From positions 1,831-65,830 of IMG/VR virus record IMGVR_UViG_3300028888_000134: DNA of 64,000 bases. One strand, written 5' to 3'. The DNA comes from a virus (taxonomy: Duplodnaviria; Caudoviricetes). The position numbers and the translations under genes are program-made. Positions 18,976-29,615 of this stretch are shown one piece after another (the stretch's first letter is position 1; every line of letters begins with the position of its first letter). The notes under the pieces are model-generated. The model saw only the letters and a program-made list of their open reading frames with translations, made no database searches and was not told the DNA's origin.

Positions 18976-20349
18976 ATGCCAAGTTTGCCAAAACATATAT
19001 TGAATTTATTGTCAACCAATAAAACATCATTAGGGAAGCATCCTGCATTTCCGCCAGATAGGGATGATATGTTTACGACATATCTTCTTCAGGAAACATT
19101 TGACGAATTGTGTGATAAGGTTGATGATATTGATTATAAGACAATGAAGGATGAACTTGCGAGGATAATCGGTGAATGCAAAAAAATAGAAAGGAAAAAC
19201 AAAGAAGCACTTGAACAGTTGTGTGGTAAAATAATAAATGACATATTTCAAATACCCAATGATTGTATAGACTTGCAGATATTCCTTGTTGACAACGTTG
19301 ATGTTTCAAACCAGAGAATTTTACCTGAAAAAACAAATGACTTTTCATTTGATAATATACAGGATATGAACAACTTGTCTTCTGAAATATATAAAAGGAG
19401 AATTCTTAATTCTTTGGTTGAGGGAGCATCCATGTATTATATGAATTATTTCAAAAAATACATAAATGAACTGTACGAAATTAATGCTGACTTACCTTCA
19501 TTATACAAAAAAATAATTGATTATAACAACATTTTGATATATTGTGAAAAAGACCACATCAATAAGGAAAACATTGGGAATGCAGGAAAAGTTGATGTTG
19601 TTATCAGTTCAAGAGATACATATCCATCAATAAAGGCTGAAGGAATTTTAATGCCAATCCTTTTGGAAGAGACAATAAAAGGATTATTGGAACTATCAAT
19701 TTCAAACGGTTTACCAGAAGATTTTGAAAAAGCCAAATATGTGATTTCAAAATCGGATTTCAAACTTGCTGAAATGTGGGATATGAGAATTGGTTATCCA
19801 CTTTGGAAATTGATTGAAAACGGTATGAAAGATTGTGGATATGAAATGACTGAAGTAGGAATAAATTTCTTTTTGATGCAACTTTCTGAAATGGATTATG
19901 AAACTTTGAATAATTCTTTGCAAGAAATATTTGCGAAAACAAAAAAAGGAAAGGAAATATTATCGGATATTGCGGATGAAATTCTTTATGAAAAGGACAA
20001 GGATGAATTTGATGATTACATAAGGACAAAGAATGATTCAACCGTGCAACTGAACGATGATGATTGTTTTGATGCGGAAGAATTGCTGTGGGATAATGAT
20101 GATGAGGAATGTTTTACGGCAGATGAACTGATTAATGATGATATTGGTCATAATCTTTCACCGAGAATAAACCAAAAAAATAATTGGGATTGGATAGAAA
20201 GTGAAAAACCAAGAAAATATAGAACATTTGATGAAAGATTGGATGAAGTAAAAAAAAACTTAACTGAAGCCGAATGGAATTATCATTTTAGTGGTAAATC
20301 AAATAGAGAACATGATATGAGGCCAACATACGTTCCTTTATTAGTTTGA
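18976..20349 (+). CDS. Hypothetical protein in head morphogenesis region
   Basis: 457-aa ORF; GKHPAF motif also present as GKHPAY in 13636..15318. Confidence 0.75.
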   Translation: MPSLPKHILNLLSTNKTSLGKHPAFPPDRDDMFTTYLLQETFDELCDKVDDIDYKTMKDELARIIGECKKIERKNKEALEQLCGKIINDIFQIPNDCIDLQIFLVDNVDVSNQRILPEKTNDFSFDNIQDMNNLSSEIYKRRILNSLVEGASMYYMNYFKKYINELYEINADLPSLYKKIIDYNNILIYCEKDHINKENIGNAGKVDVVISSRDTYPSIKAEGILMPILLEETIKGLLELSISNGLPEDFEKAKYVISKSDFKLAEMWDMRIGYPLWKLIENGMKDCGYEMTEVGINFFLMQLSEMDYETLNNSLQEIFAKTKKGKEILSDIADEILYEKDKDEFDDYIRTKNDSTVQLNDDDCFDAEELLWDNDDEECFTADELINDDIGHNLSPRINQKNNWDWIESEKPRKYRTFDERLDEVKKNLTEAEWNYHFSGKSNREHDMRPTYVPLLV

Positions 20350-20576
20350 TAAATCAGACAAAATCATATTATTGGGTGAATTATTCATCAAAAAAATGCT
20401 CAATTTTAAAAGAAATGTTATGGAGAGCAGAATTTGATTGGGATTTGTCAGTGGAAGAAGAAAATAAGAAAAGAAAAGAATATCTTGAGATGTTGTTGGG
20501 TTATCTGAATAGAGACTTGACACCAAAAGAAAAAGAATATATTGAAGACGGATATTATAATGACTATGAAGAATAA
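20346..20576 (+). CDS. Small hypothetical protein
   Basis: 76-aa ORF overlapping the upstream stop (ATGA). Confidence 0.55.
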   Translation: MINQTKSYYWVNYSSKKCSILKEMLWRAEFDWDLSVEEENKKRKEYLEMLLGYLNRDLTPKEKEYIEDGYYNDYEE

Positions 20577-20697
20577 AGGAGAAAAAACTATGAAACAGAA
20601 ATTATATAATTATTGTGCTAATGCATTTATTTATAACCACCTTATTATGAATGTGGTACTATTTATATGTACGATAATAGGGTAAAAAGAAGTATGA

Positions 20698-22596
20698 ATG
20701 CTGAATTATAAAGAAGAATACATAAAATGCTTTAAAGATAAAACAAGAATTTATTTTATAGAACACTATCTTTCCACTTTCAACGCAATGGAAAGGAAAG
20801 AAGTTCCATTTAAACTATTCCCAAGACAGAAGGTTTTTTTGAAAAGTTGTGCTGAATATTCAAACACGATTGCAATCAAGCACAGACAAAGCGGTGTTAC
20901 CACAATTAGTGCTGCTTGGTCATGCGCACAATGCGTATTTGCAAAAAAGGATTCACCAGAAACAATATTGTGTATTGCGAACAAACTTGACCAGGCAGTT
21001 GAATTAACAAATAAAATTGTCTATTTTCTCGACCAAGTTCCAAGATGGATGTGGGGGCCTGATTTTTATTCAACAGATGAAAACAGTGAAAAAAACAAAA
21101 AATCCATATTCATTAAAAGGAATAAAGGTTATATTGAATTGTTCAATGGATGTAAGATTTACGCACGTGCATCAACACCTCATGCCTCCCGTGGTATTTC
21201 CGCTGTTGGTATATTGATACTTGACGAGGCTGCATATATTGAGAATTCGATGGCAAGTTATACAGCAGCAATTGCAGCACAAAGTACGGTGAAAAACCCA
21301 AAGTGTTTGATGGTGTCAACTCCTAACGGAAAAGACCAACTATATTATAAAACATACAATCAAGCAATAAAGGGGGAAAACAACTTTCATCCTGTTGATT
21401 TCAGATGGTTTCAAGACCCAAGATATAACAGAAACCTTAAATGGTATAAGAAAAATACTAAAAACGGTGAAATAGAATGGGATGTTGATACTGTCGTTGA
21501 TAAACAAGGAAATATCTTATATGATGAGGAACGATGGAATAAACTTGAAAAAGAAGGGTGGACACCTACATCACCGTGGTTTGAGAACATGTGCAAATCA
21601 TTCAATAATGATTCACAGAAAATAGCGCAAGAACTTCTTGTTTCATTCTTGGGTTCTGCTGACAATGTTGTTCCTGTTGATGTGATAGAAGCACAAGAAA
21701 AACAAAATGTGATTAAAATAACCGATGATTGGAATTTGCGTGATATGCTAATCAAGGAAACATGGATATGGAAAGATCCTAATCCAGAACATAGGTATAT
21801 TATGGCAATAGACCCATCATCAGGAAGCGGTGATGATGCTTCTTCAATTGAGATTATTGATGTTGATGCTGTTGATGAAAAAGGAATGCCGTTTTTCGAC
21901 CAAGTACTTGAATATAACGGAAAACTTAATGGTGAGGAAATTGGCGCATTGGCAGATAGATACGGAAGAATATACAACAACGCACTTGCAGTTGTGGAAT
22001 GTATTGGAGGTTATGGTGACACTGTTGTATTGACGTTGCAAAATTTAGGTTATCCAAATCTTTATTATGATGAAACAACAGCACTTAAAACATATACCAA
22101 CGATTATGCAAAAAAATTGTTCAATAAAAAAGACGATGATAAATTACCTGGTTTCAGAAGCAATGCACTTAGAATACAGATGATTTCAAATTTTGTTGAA
22201 TTACTTAAAAACAATGTTTTCAAAGTTAGAAGTGAAAGAACCATATCAGAACTCGATACTTGGATATTTAAGAATGGCAGACCAGATCATATGGATGGGT
22301 GTCATGATGACAATTTGACTTGTCTTGCAATGGGTTTGTTTGTCTTGCAATATTATATGTTAAAAAGTGATAAAATGAAGAAAAAAGACGGCGCAATTGC
22401 GAAATCATGGTATATAAACAACGCAAACAACACGGATTTGTCAACCAAACATTTAAGAAATGAGGTTGATATATCAAATAGAAAGGAAATGGCAAGGGCA
22501 TTCAATAATATGTTGTTTTATGATGATACTAAAAAGAATGAAAAGGATTTCTTGAAAGCATGTGTAATGCTTGGTGGGTATAATTTAAGAAAATAA
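20698..22596 (+). CDS. terL: Terminase large subunit (T4 gp17-like)
   Basis: KHRQSGVTT Walker A, LILDEAAYI Walker B, STPNG coupling motif, nuclease IDPSSGSGDDAS and HDDNL. TATTTATA at 20660-20667. Confidence 0.95.
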   Translation: MLNYKEEYIKCFKDKTRIYFIEHYLSTFNAMERKEVPFKLFPRQKVFLKSCAEYSNTIAIKHRQSGVTTISAAWSCAQCVFAKKDSPETILCIANKLDQAVELTNKIVYFLDQVPRWMWGPDFYSTDENSEKNKKSIFIKRNKGYIELFNGCKIYARASTPHASRGISAVGILILDEAAYIENSMASYTAAIAAQSTVKNPKCLMVSTPNGKDQLYYKTYNQAIKGENNFHPVDFRWFQDPRYNRNLKWYKKNTKNGEIEWDVDTVVDKQGNILYDEERWNKLEKEGWTPTSPWFENMCKSFNNDSQKIAQELLVSFLGSADNVVPVDVIEAQEKQNVIKITDDWNLRDMLIKETWIWKDPNPEHRYIMAIDPSSGSGDDASSIEIIDVDAVDEKGMPFFDQVLEYNGKLNGEEIGALADRYGRIYNNALAVVECIGGYGDTVVLTLQNLGYPNLYYDETTALKTYTNDYAKKLFNKKDDDKLPGFRSNALRIQMISNFVELLKNNVFKVRSERTISELDTWIFKNGRPDHMDGCHDDNLTCLAMGLFVLQYYMLKSDKMKKKDGAIAKSWYINNANNTDLSTKHLRNEVDISNRKEMARAFNNMLFYDDTKKNEKDFLKACVMLGGYNLRK

Positions 22597-22618
22597 CAAG
22601 TTATTTTTATCATTTTGA

Positions 22619-22663
22619 ATTATATATGATTGTGGAACGAAAGTATATACTTTGACAGTATAG
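22619..22663 (+). pseudogene. 3'-end relic of a Hef-like homing endonuclease gene
   Basis: Encodes IIYDCGTKVYTLTV-stop. 22622-22649 is 27/28 identical to the reverse complement of 60482-60509, the C-terminal IYDCGTKVY of the intact endonuclease gene. Confidence 0.75.
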
Positions 22664-22687
22664 TCATTATGCAAAAAATCCATAAAC

Positions 22688-22722
22688 AAAATCACCAAAA
22701 TCAAAATTTTAGTGATTTTTTG
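22688..22722 (+). terminator. Intrinsic terminator after terL
   Basis: aaaatcaccaaaa / ttttagtgatttt imperfect stem plus T tract. Confidence 0.55.
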
Positions 22723-22824
22723 TTTTAAAAATGATATTTATATAATGAATTAGTGTCTAATCGCTGATTTTTTGTATTTTACAATATATTTATAATTAAA
22801 ATAAGAAAAATATCATATAATAAT

Positions 22825-24246
22825 ATGGCAGTTAGAAGTAACTATATTAAAAAACTCATGGAAAACAAAGATTCTCTTGAGAAACAGTATCAAGAGGTTG
22901 TCGCAGAATCCATGAAAAACATCATTGGTGAAAACACCAAGGATGAGGTAAGAAAACTTCTCAAGGAAGCAGAGGATGAGGATTCATACGAAGAGGAAGA
23001 AGTCGAAGAACCAACAGACAACGTTGATGACGAGGTGGATACGGAAAGCGGTGACGAAGCCGATGATGAATTGTGGGATGACCTTGAAAAATGCAAAAGT
23101 GCTGACGGTGAATACGATTGTAGAGGAATGGAAGATGGTAAACTTATTAACATCTTGAAAGCAATGGGTCCTGAAGATGGTATCCGTGTTATGTCTAACG
23201 GTGACGGTACTGTTGCTGTTGAGGTTGACGGTGACGCAATCAACGGTGATGCTGAATATATCATTGATATTGATGATATCATTAATGCCGGTGATGATGT
23301 TGATGACATTGATGATGACATCGAAGCAGAAGACGGTGATATTGACGTTGAACTTGAAGATGATGAGGACGTTGATGATGATTTGGATGTCGAACTCGAA
23401 TTGAATGAGGAAAATTTAGGTTATAAAGGTCATCCAGGAAACGGTGGATATCAAGGCAAAACAGCAATGACAACACCAAAGAACGACAGATTGTCAACAG
23501 ACAGAAAAAAGGTTGGTCACACCTGGGAACCACAACTTGACGATGCTGACATTGACAAGGGAAAAGACGGTGACAGACAGCCTTACAAGAAAAACATTAA
23601 AGAGGAAGTTGATGAGTGTGGAGACACCGTGTTTGAGATTGAAGAAGAAGATGGTGAAATGATTGACGAAGTAATGTCAAGCACCGAAAACAACCCAACC
23701 GTAAGGGGTACTGGAATGACGCATCAAAACACCAACAAACGTTTTGGGAAGAAAAATTTCCGTAACGGAAGAACTGGTGAGGGTGGACAAGTAAAAGGTA
23801 CTGGATACAACAGTTATAGCGGTGACGAAACCAATGAATCTGTTGCTTTAAAGAGAAGTGTTAACCAACTTTTCAGAGAGAACAAGCAAATGAAGTCAAT
23901 TATTCCTCAACTCAATCAGAAATTGACTGAATCAATGGTAATCAATGCAAGTATGGGTTATATTGTCAGACTTCTCAACGAGAACACAACTACTGTTGAT
24001 GAGAAAAAGCAAATCAGTGACCGTTTTGCAAAAGTCAACACCCTTGAAGAAGGAAAGAGACTTTACGAAACAATTTCTGAAGAACTCAGAAGGGCAAACA
24101 AGAGAACTGATTTTGCAAAGACAATCAACGGACAACTCGCAGAAGGTAAACAATCGAAGCAAAATCTTGTTGAAACCACAATGTATAAGTCAGAAAAGGT
24201 GAATGAGGCACTTGATTTTATGAAAAGACTTGATAAAATTCAATAA
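22825..24246 (+). CDS. Prohead core scaffold protein (gp22-like)
   Basis: Acidic, coiled-coil C-terminus, many [LIV]-x-E sites, directly upstream of the capsid gene. Two TATTTATA motifs at 22735 and 22787. Confidence 0.7.
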   Translation: MAVRSNYIKKLMENKDSLEKQYQEVVAESMKNIIGENTKDEVRKLLKEAEDEDSYEEEEVEEPTDNVDDEVDTESGDEADDELWDDLEKCKSADGEYDCRGMEDGKLINILKAMGPEDGIRVMSNGDGTVAVEVDGDAINGDAEYIIDIDDIINAGDDVDDIDDDIEAEDGDIDVELEDDEDVDDDLDVELELNEENLGYKGHPGNGGYQGKTAMTTPKNDRLSTDRKKVGHTWEPQLDDADIDKGKDGDRQPYKKNIKEEVDECGDTVFEIEEEDGEMIDEVMSSTENNPTVRGTGMTHQNTNKRFGKKNFRNGRTGEGGQVKGTGYNSYSGDETNESVALKRSVNQLFRENKQMKSIIPQLNQKLTESMVINASMGYIVRLLNENTTTVDEKKQISDRFAKVNTLEEGKRLYETISEELRRANKRTDFAKTINGQLAEGKQSKQNLVETTMYKSEKVNEALDFMKRLDKIQ

Positions 24247-24272
24247 GTCAGGACTTTTTTGAAATTATATGA

Positions 24273-24280
24273 TATTTATA
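24273..24280 (+). promoter_or_regulatory. Putative late promoter TATTTATA for major capsid gene
   Basis: The same 8-mer precedes at least 18 genes on their sense strand (see finding). Confidence 0.65.
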
Positions 24281-24319
24281 ATTTATAAAGATAATAAAAA
24301 GTATATTTAAACAAACAAT

Positions 24320-26209
24320 ATGCGTGAGATTTTAAACAGCAGTGTTTTCGGTAACATCGAAATCGAAGCACAGAAGAAAATTAGAAAAGACATTAACGAG
24401 CGTTGGGACAGGCTTGGTCTTTGCGAGGGTCTTGACGGCCATCTTAAGGAAACTGTTGCAACCCTTTATGAGAACCAGGCAAAGCACCTCATTTATGAGG
24501 CTACCGCTTCTGACAACAGTGGTTCTTTCGAAACCGTGGTATTCCCACTTATCAGACGTGTGTTCAGCAAACTTCTTGCTAACGACATCGTTTCCGTGCA
24601 GGCAATGAACCTTCCTATCGGTAAGTTGTTCTTCATCAAACCTGTCACATCTGAACGTGAATGGGACTCTGAAAACCTCATTGATGGTGCAACTGGTCGC
24701 CACTATGGTCTTATGGGTTATGAGCGCAGACAAAGACATGACACATCTTACATTGGTAAAGATGGTGAGAAACAAGATGTTGCAGCAGGTGAAGTTCGCA
24801 ATCGCTACTATCTTCCTGATGAGGTCGTTCAGCCATCTCAAGACGGTGAGGGTGGAACACTTCCAAAGGTCACTCAGTACATGAAGAAGACTCTTTATGA
24901 CCTCTTCTACAATGATTTCCTCTTTGACAACTCAAAGGGTAAAATCACCATCAAAATCGGTAGTGCTACTCCTGTGCAAATTGCACCAGATGGCTCTTAC
25001 GTAGAAATTGATGACATCACCAAGTTTGTCAACACACAGGACGGTTCACTTAGCCATCTTATGCTTCAAGTCGGCGGTTTCTCATCCTACAATGCAGGTC
25101 GTTTGACTGGTCCTGACGGTAATGAGATGGACAGCGAGGCATTCCTTGCTTCCCTTAAAGTTATCTATGCAGGTGAAGATATGGAAGACAGTGAGGATTT
25201 CACCACTTTCAAACAGTACGAAAGCGTTCCTTTCCGTGTCGTAACTCAGAAGTACGGTGCTCAATTGGTTGACTACGGAGAGAACATCTGTGACGGACAA
25301 GGCAAAATCTATATTGAACTTGACCTTACAAAGCCTTGCAAGAAACAAGGTAAGACCATCAATGGTTACATTGGCGTTGACCCAGAAGTTGCTGGTGAAT
25401 GGGAAATTGATACAGTATTCAACATTGCTTGGGCACAGTATGATTCACTTGAACTTGAAACCGAAATGGGTGAGGTTTCGTTCCAACTCACTTCAGCTAC
25501 TGTAAGTGTTGAGGAAAGAAAACTTCGTGCAACTTGGTCACCTGAACTTGCTCAGGACGTTTCCGCATTCCATAACATTGATGCAGAAGCAGAGTTGACA
25601 GCCATTCTTTCAGAGCAGATTGCCGCTGAGATTGACCGTGAGATTCTTCGTGACTTACGTAAGGCAGCACCTTGGCAAGCACGTTGGGACTACAATGGTT
25701 GGCAGAGATTGGCTACCACTTCTACTGTTTACACTCAGAAGGACTGGAATCAAACTCTTATGACAAAGATTAATCAGATTTCCGCTCAGATTCAGAAGTC
25801 AACTCTTCGTGGTGGTGCTAACTGGATTGTTGTTTCCGCTGAAATTTCGGCAGTCCTCAATGACCTTGAGTATTTCCACGTAACTGACGCAAATGCAGAG
25901 GCTGACCAATACAATATGGGTATTGAGAAGATTGGTTCACTTCAAGGACGTTATCAAGTCATCGTTGACCCATATTCACCACACTGGTCACTTATTATGG
26001 GACACCACGGTACTTCTCTCCTTGATACAGGTTACATCTATGCACCTTATGTGCCAATGGCTCTTACTCCTACAATGTACAACCCGTTTAACTTTGCACC
26101 AATTAAGGGTATCTGCACACGTTATGCGAAGAAACTTGTTAACAACAAGTATTACGGTGCTATCAAAGTGGATGGTCTCGTGTATTGGAATCCTAACGAA
26201 CTTAGATAA
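24320..26209 (+). CDS. gp23: Major capsid protein (T4 gp23-like)
   Basis: ATLYENQ, SVQAMNLPIGKLF, RKLRATWSPELAQDV, ELTAILSEQIAAEIDREI, YIYAPYVP, TRYAK. Probable maturation site LIYE60/A61. Confidence 0.95.
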   Translation: MREILNSSVFGNIEIEAQKKIRKDINERWDRLGLCEGLDGHLKETVATLYENQAKHLIYEATASDNSGSFETVVFPLIRRVFSKLLANDIVSVQAMNLPIGKLFFIKPVTSEREWDSENLIDGATGRHYGLMGYERRQRHDTSYIGKDGEKQDVAAGEVRNRYYLPDEVVQPSQDGEGGTLPKVTQYMKKTLYDLFYNDFLFDNSKGKITIKIGSATPVQIAPDGSYVEIDDITKFVNTQDGSLSHLMLQVGGFSSYNAGRLTGPDGNEMDSEAFLASLKVIYAGEDMEDSEDFTTFKQYESVPFRVVTQKYGAQLVDYGENICDGQGKIYIELDLTKPCKKQGKTINGYIGVDPEVAGEWEIDTVFNIAWAQYDSLELETEMGEVSFQLTSATVSVEERKLRATWSPELAQDVSAFHNIDAEAELTAILSEQIAAEIDREILRDLRKAAPWQARWDYNGWQRLATTSTVYTQKDWNQTLMTKINQISAQIQKSTLRGGANWIVVSAEISAVLNDLEYFHVTDANAEADQYNMGIEKIGSLQGRYQVIVDPYSPHWSLIMGHHGTSLLDTGYIYAPYVPMALTPTMYNPFNFAPIKGICTRYAKKLVNNKYYGAIKVDGLVYWNPNELR

Positions 26210-26234
26210 AAATAAATTATTTTTATCACCATAT

Positions 26235-26272
26235 AAAGTGCTGAGTTTCAATAACTTAGCACTTTTTATTTT
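26235..26272 (+). terminator. Intrinsic terminator after capsid gene
   Basis: aaagtgctgagt / acttagcacttt stem plus T tract. Confidence 0.8.
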
Positions 26273-26290
26273 AAAAATGTCATTAAATAT

Positions 26291-26321
26291 TTTGTTAATT
26301 ACTTAAAAAATATTATATTTG
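26291..26321 (+). promoter_or_regulatory. Bacteroidetes-type promoter for the endonuclease gene
   Basis: TTTG-N19-TATATTTG; TATTTATA follows at 26347-26354. Confidence 0.6.
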
Positions 26322-26372
26322 CATTAGTTTTTTGGAACGTTAATGATATTTATAATAAAATGGTATTGTATT

Positions 26373-28379
26373 ATGGAACGTAAACGACTTGAAAAGTTAA
26401 TAGGAAAGGCTAAAAAAATACATGGTGATAAATATGATTATAGTAAGTCAGATGTACCCACATGCAAAGACAAAGCAATTTTTATATGTCCCATACATGG
26501 TGAATTCGAACAGACATGGGATAATCATATAAATGGTAAAAGCGGTTGCCCAAAGTGTACAAAATGTCATAAATACACCAATGAAGAATGGATTGAAGAA
26601 GTATCAAAAAAACATAAGAACAAATATGATTACAGTAAAACACATTATACCAAAGCAAAAGATAAGGTAATAGTGATATGTCATAAAAAGGATGAGTTTG
26701 GTGATGAACATGGTGAGTTTGAAATAAGGGCAGGAAACCATATGGCAGGTGTAGGATGCCCTAAATGTGCCAAAAAATATCGGCCAACAACAGAAGAATG
26801 GATAAAAAGAGCAAGAAAGGTTCATGGTGATAAATACATTTATGATAAAGTACAATATACTTATTCAGATAAAAAAGTTTGTATTATTTGTCCAGAACAT
26901 GGTGAATTTTGGCAAGAAGCAACATCACATTTAAGTGGTGTTGGTTGTCCAAAATGTAATGGTGGTGTTGAACTTACAACAGAAGAATATATTAACAAAT
27001 TAAAGAAGGTTCATGGTGATAAATATGATTACTCAATGGTTAAATATGTAAATGCTAAGAAGAAGATTGATATTATTTGTCCGAGACATGGTGTATTTAA
27101 ACAATTACCTTATCAGCATTTAAAAGGACAAGGTTGTCCTAAGTGTAAATCCTCTAAATTAGAAAATATATTGATGGGTTTATTTGAAAAGAATAATATA
27201 AAATATACTTATCAATATAAGATAGGTGCGAACAAAAAATTATCTTGTGATTTTTTCTTAGATGAATATAATATTGTTGTTGAGTGTCAGGGTGAACAAC
27301 ATTTTATCCCTACTTCATTTGATAGTGATAAAAGTGAAGATAAATGTGAAAAAAGTTATGAGAAAGTTTTAGAATATGACAAATTAAAATATGATATGTG
27401 TATAAATAATGATTTGGAAATCATATATTTTACCATACCTAAATATTTTAATTCAAGTGATGTCAAAATTGATACTGAATTTTATTCAGATAAGATATTA
27501 ATTACAGATACTAAAAAACTATTGGAATATATTTCTTCAAAAGAAAAGGTCAAAATCTGTGATGGCTTTAGTGAATTTTACAAAGACATAAGAAAAAATA
27601 TCAATAAAAATATAATTAACATTAACGGTATTATTAGATATAAAGACTATGTTGTAATTTATGTTCCGCTTATTCCCAACAAGCGTAATGAACTAAATGA
27701 TAAGAGAAGACATTATGCAAAAAGGGGATATAAAGTAATAATAGTGTTTGAAGATGAATATATAAACAATAGGAAAATTGTATTATCTAAAATAAGACAT
27801 TTATTTAAATTAGATAAAACATCAAGAATTATGGCAAGAAAATGCACGGTGAAACCAATCGGAAAAAGTGATGCTGAAGTTTTTCTTAATAGTAATCACA
27901 TACAGGGCTTTGTTAATTCAAGTATATATTTGGGTGCATATTATAATAATAGTTTGGTTGCTGTAATGTCATTTATAAAAGAAACCAATAACAATTGGAA
28001 TTTAACACGATTTGCATCAGATAACAATTATGTTTGTTGCGGTATTGGTGGCAAATTGTTTAAATATTTTACAAGGAACTATGATTTTAACACTGTAAAG
28101 TCTTTTGCAGATAAAAGATGGACTTATGACACAAAGAAAAACATATATTTGGACTTGGGTTTCAAGCAAGAAAAAAATATGATGTCAGAATATCGTTATA
28201 TTAAAAATGGAGAAAAAATAAGGCATCATAAGTTTGGGTTTAGAAAACATTTATTATCAAAAAGATATGGATTAGATATTAATCTTACAGAAACAGAAAT
28301 GACAAAGGAATTAGGTTATGACCGTATATGGGATTGTGGGTTAATAAAGTATGTTTATAGTAATCCTAAATTAGACTAA
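26373..28379 (+). mobile_element. Free-standing Hef-like homing endonuclease gene
   Basis: Four HGDKYDYS...C...HGEF...H..G.GCPKC zinc repeats, a PD-(D/E)XK/Vsr-like domain (CDFFL...VVECQGEQH), and a C-terminal NHIQG...RFA...FADKRW...RIWDCG domain. Confidence 0.85.
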
Positions 28380-28390
28380 CAAATTATACA

Positions 28391-28425
28391 AATGTCACTC
28401 AATAACAATTTGAATGACATTTTTT
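28391..28425 (+). terminator. Intrinsic terminator (AATGTCACTC type, copy 1)
   Basis: aatgtcactcaa / ttgaatgacatt plus T tract; near-identical arms at 28887. Confidence 0.65.
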
Positions 28426-28479
28426 GTTTTTCTTTGCACTATTTATAATTAAGATAATAAAATAATCAGTTATACACAT

Positions 28480-28872
28480 ATGAAACAAACAATTAGATTA
28501 ACAGAAAGTGAACTTAGACGGATGATTTTTGAATCTGTGAAGAGAGTATTAAATGAATCCTCATCAGATGAATTTGAATATAGTGATTCTTATGATTTGG
28601 GTAGAGGAAAACATCGTCAAGAAATCATATATAATGGAAAGGAAATAGGGTATTTATTAACTATTGAGAAAAATTGGTTAGCACCACTTGAAGAAAAATA
28701 TATATTACCAGATATTGAAACTGGTATGAGTGAGCCAACTCAGGGTATGTTGGATGGTAAGAAAGGATGGATTGATTTTAAGGTCTTCAATAACTATGAA
28801 GAGGCATTTGCATATGCAAAACAAAATTTTGAAGAGTTAGCATATTTGTTTGAATATGGTGATTATGATTAA
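28480..28872 (+). CDS. Small putative head-internal protein with leader motif
   Basis: MKQTIRLTESELRRMIFESVKRVLNES. TATTTATA at 28440-28447. Confidence 0.8.
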   Translation: MKQTIRLTESELRRMIFESVKRVLNESSSDEFEYSDSYDLGRGKHRQEIIYNGKEIGYLLTIEKNWLAPLEEKYILPDIETGMSEPTQGMLDGKKGWIDFKVFNNYEEAFAYAKQNFEELAYLFEYGDYD

Positions 28873-28886
28873 GTGTCTATCAATTT

Positions 28887-28925
28887 AATGTCACTCTATG
28901 AAAAAATAGGGTGACATTTTTTATT
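28887..28925 (+). terminator. Intrinsic terminator (AATGTCACTC type, copy 2)
   Basis: aatgtcactcta / tagggtgacatt plus T tract. Confidence 0.7.
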
Positions 28926-28975
28926 TGTAGATGATATTTATAAGAAAATAACAGATTAAACCTTTTTTATAAACA

Positions 28976-29050
28976 ATGGGAAAATATATAAAGAAATTCG
29001 CCACACATGGAGCATATAACACATGTATGGTCTTGTGGCCTGAAAGATAA
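28976..29050 (+). pseudogene. 24-codon stub of a KYxKxFxTHxxY-family gene
   Basis: MGKYIKKFATHGAYN resembles the N-terminus of 57592..58527 (EYLKYFETHTEYE). TATTTATA at 28935-28942. Confidence 0.45.
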
Positions 29051-29074
29051 AAATGCCTTATCATTTATTGTATT

Positions 29075-29593
29075 ATGAAACAACAAATAAGATTAACAGA
29101 ATCAGACCTTATAAGGATAATTGTTGAGAATGTCCGCAATATTGTTGAGGAAATGGATATTGACCCAAAGAACAAGGGCAAATTCACGGCAACACAGAAG
29201 AGAACAGGTAAGTCAACTGAGCAACTTTGTCATTCAAAAAATCCATTGACAAGAAAAAGGGCAAACTTTGCTAAGATGGCAAAAAGACATTGGAAGCCGT
29301 TAAATGAAGGTATTTTTGATTTCTAAAAAAAAAAGAAAAATAAACCAACAGAAGAAAAAGTTGAAGAAGAACCATATCATATTTATTCTGTAAAGGAATT
29401 ACAATCACTTTATGATAATCAATTAAACATAACCCCATTTGAATGGAAAGTTTTAAACGCTGCATTATGGGTAAGAGCAAGACTTGCAAATTATAATGGA
29501 TATGTAAAACAATGGCAAAATATAATGGTAAAAGATGGGGAATTTTTTTATTGGAAAAATGGTAAATTGACAAGAATTCCATATATAAAATAA
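29075..29593 (+). pseudogene. Leader-motif protein interrupted by one in-frame TAA
   Basis: MKQQIRLTESDLIRIIVENV...LNEGIFDF, TAA at 29324-29326, then 88 further open codons in the same frame to TAA 29591-29593. Confidence 0.6.
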
Positions 29594-29615
29594 CAATTTT
29601 AACATATTCAATAAT

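Noticed and set aside
20590-20685. 31-aa hydrophobic ORF with AGGAG, and a YYECGTIY string in another frame resembling the endonuclease tail
   Set aside because: The ORF is short and overlaps the terL promoter motif. The YECGT match is too weak at nucleotide level, unlike the 27/28 match at 22622.
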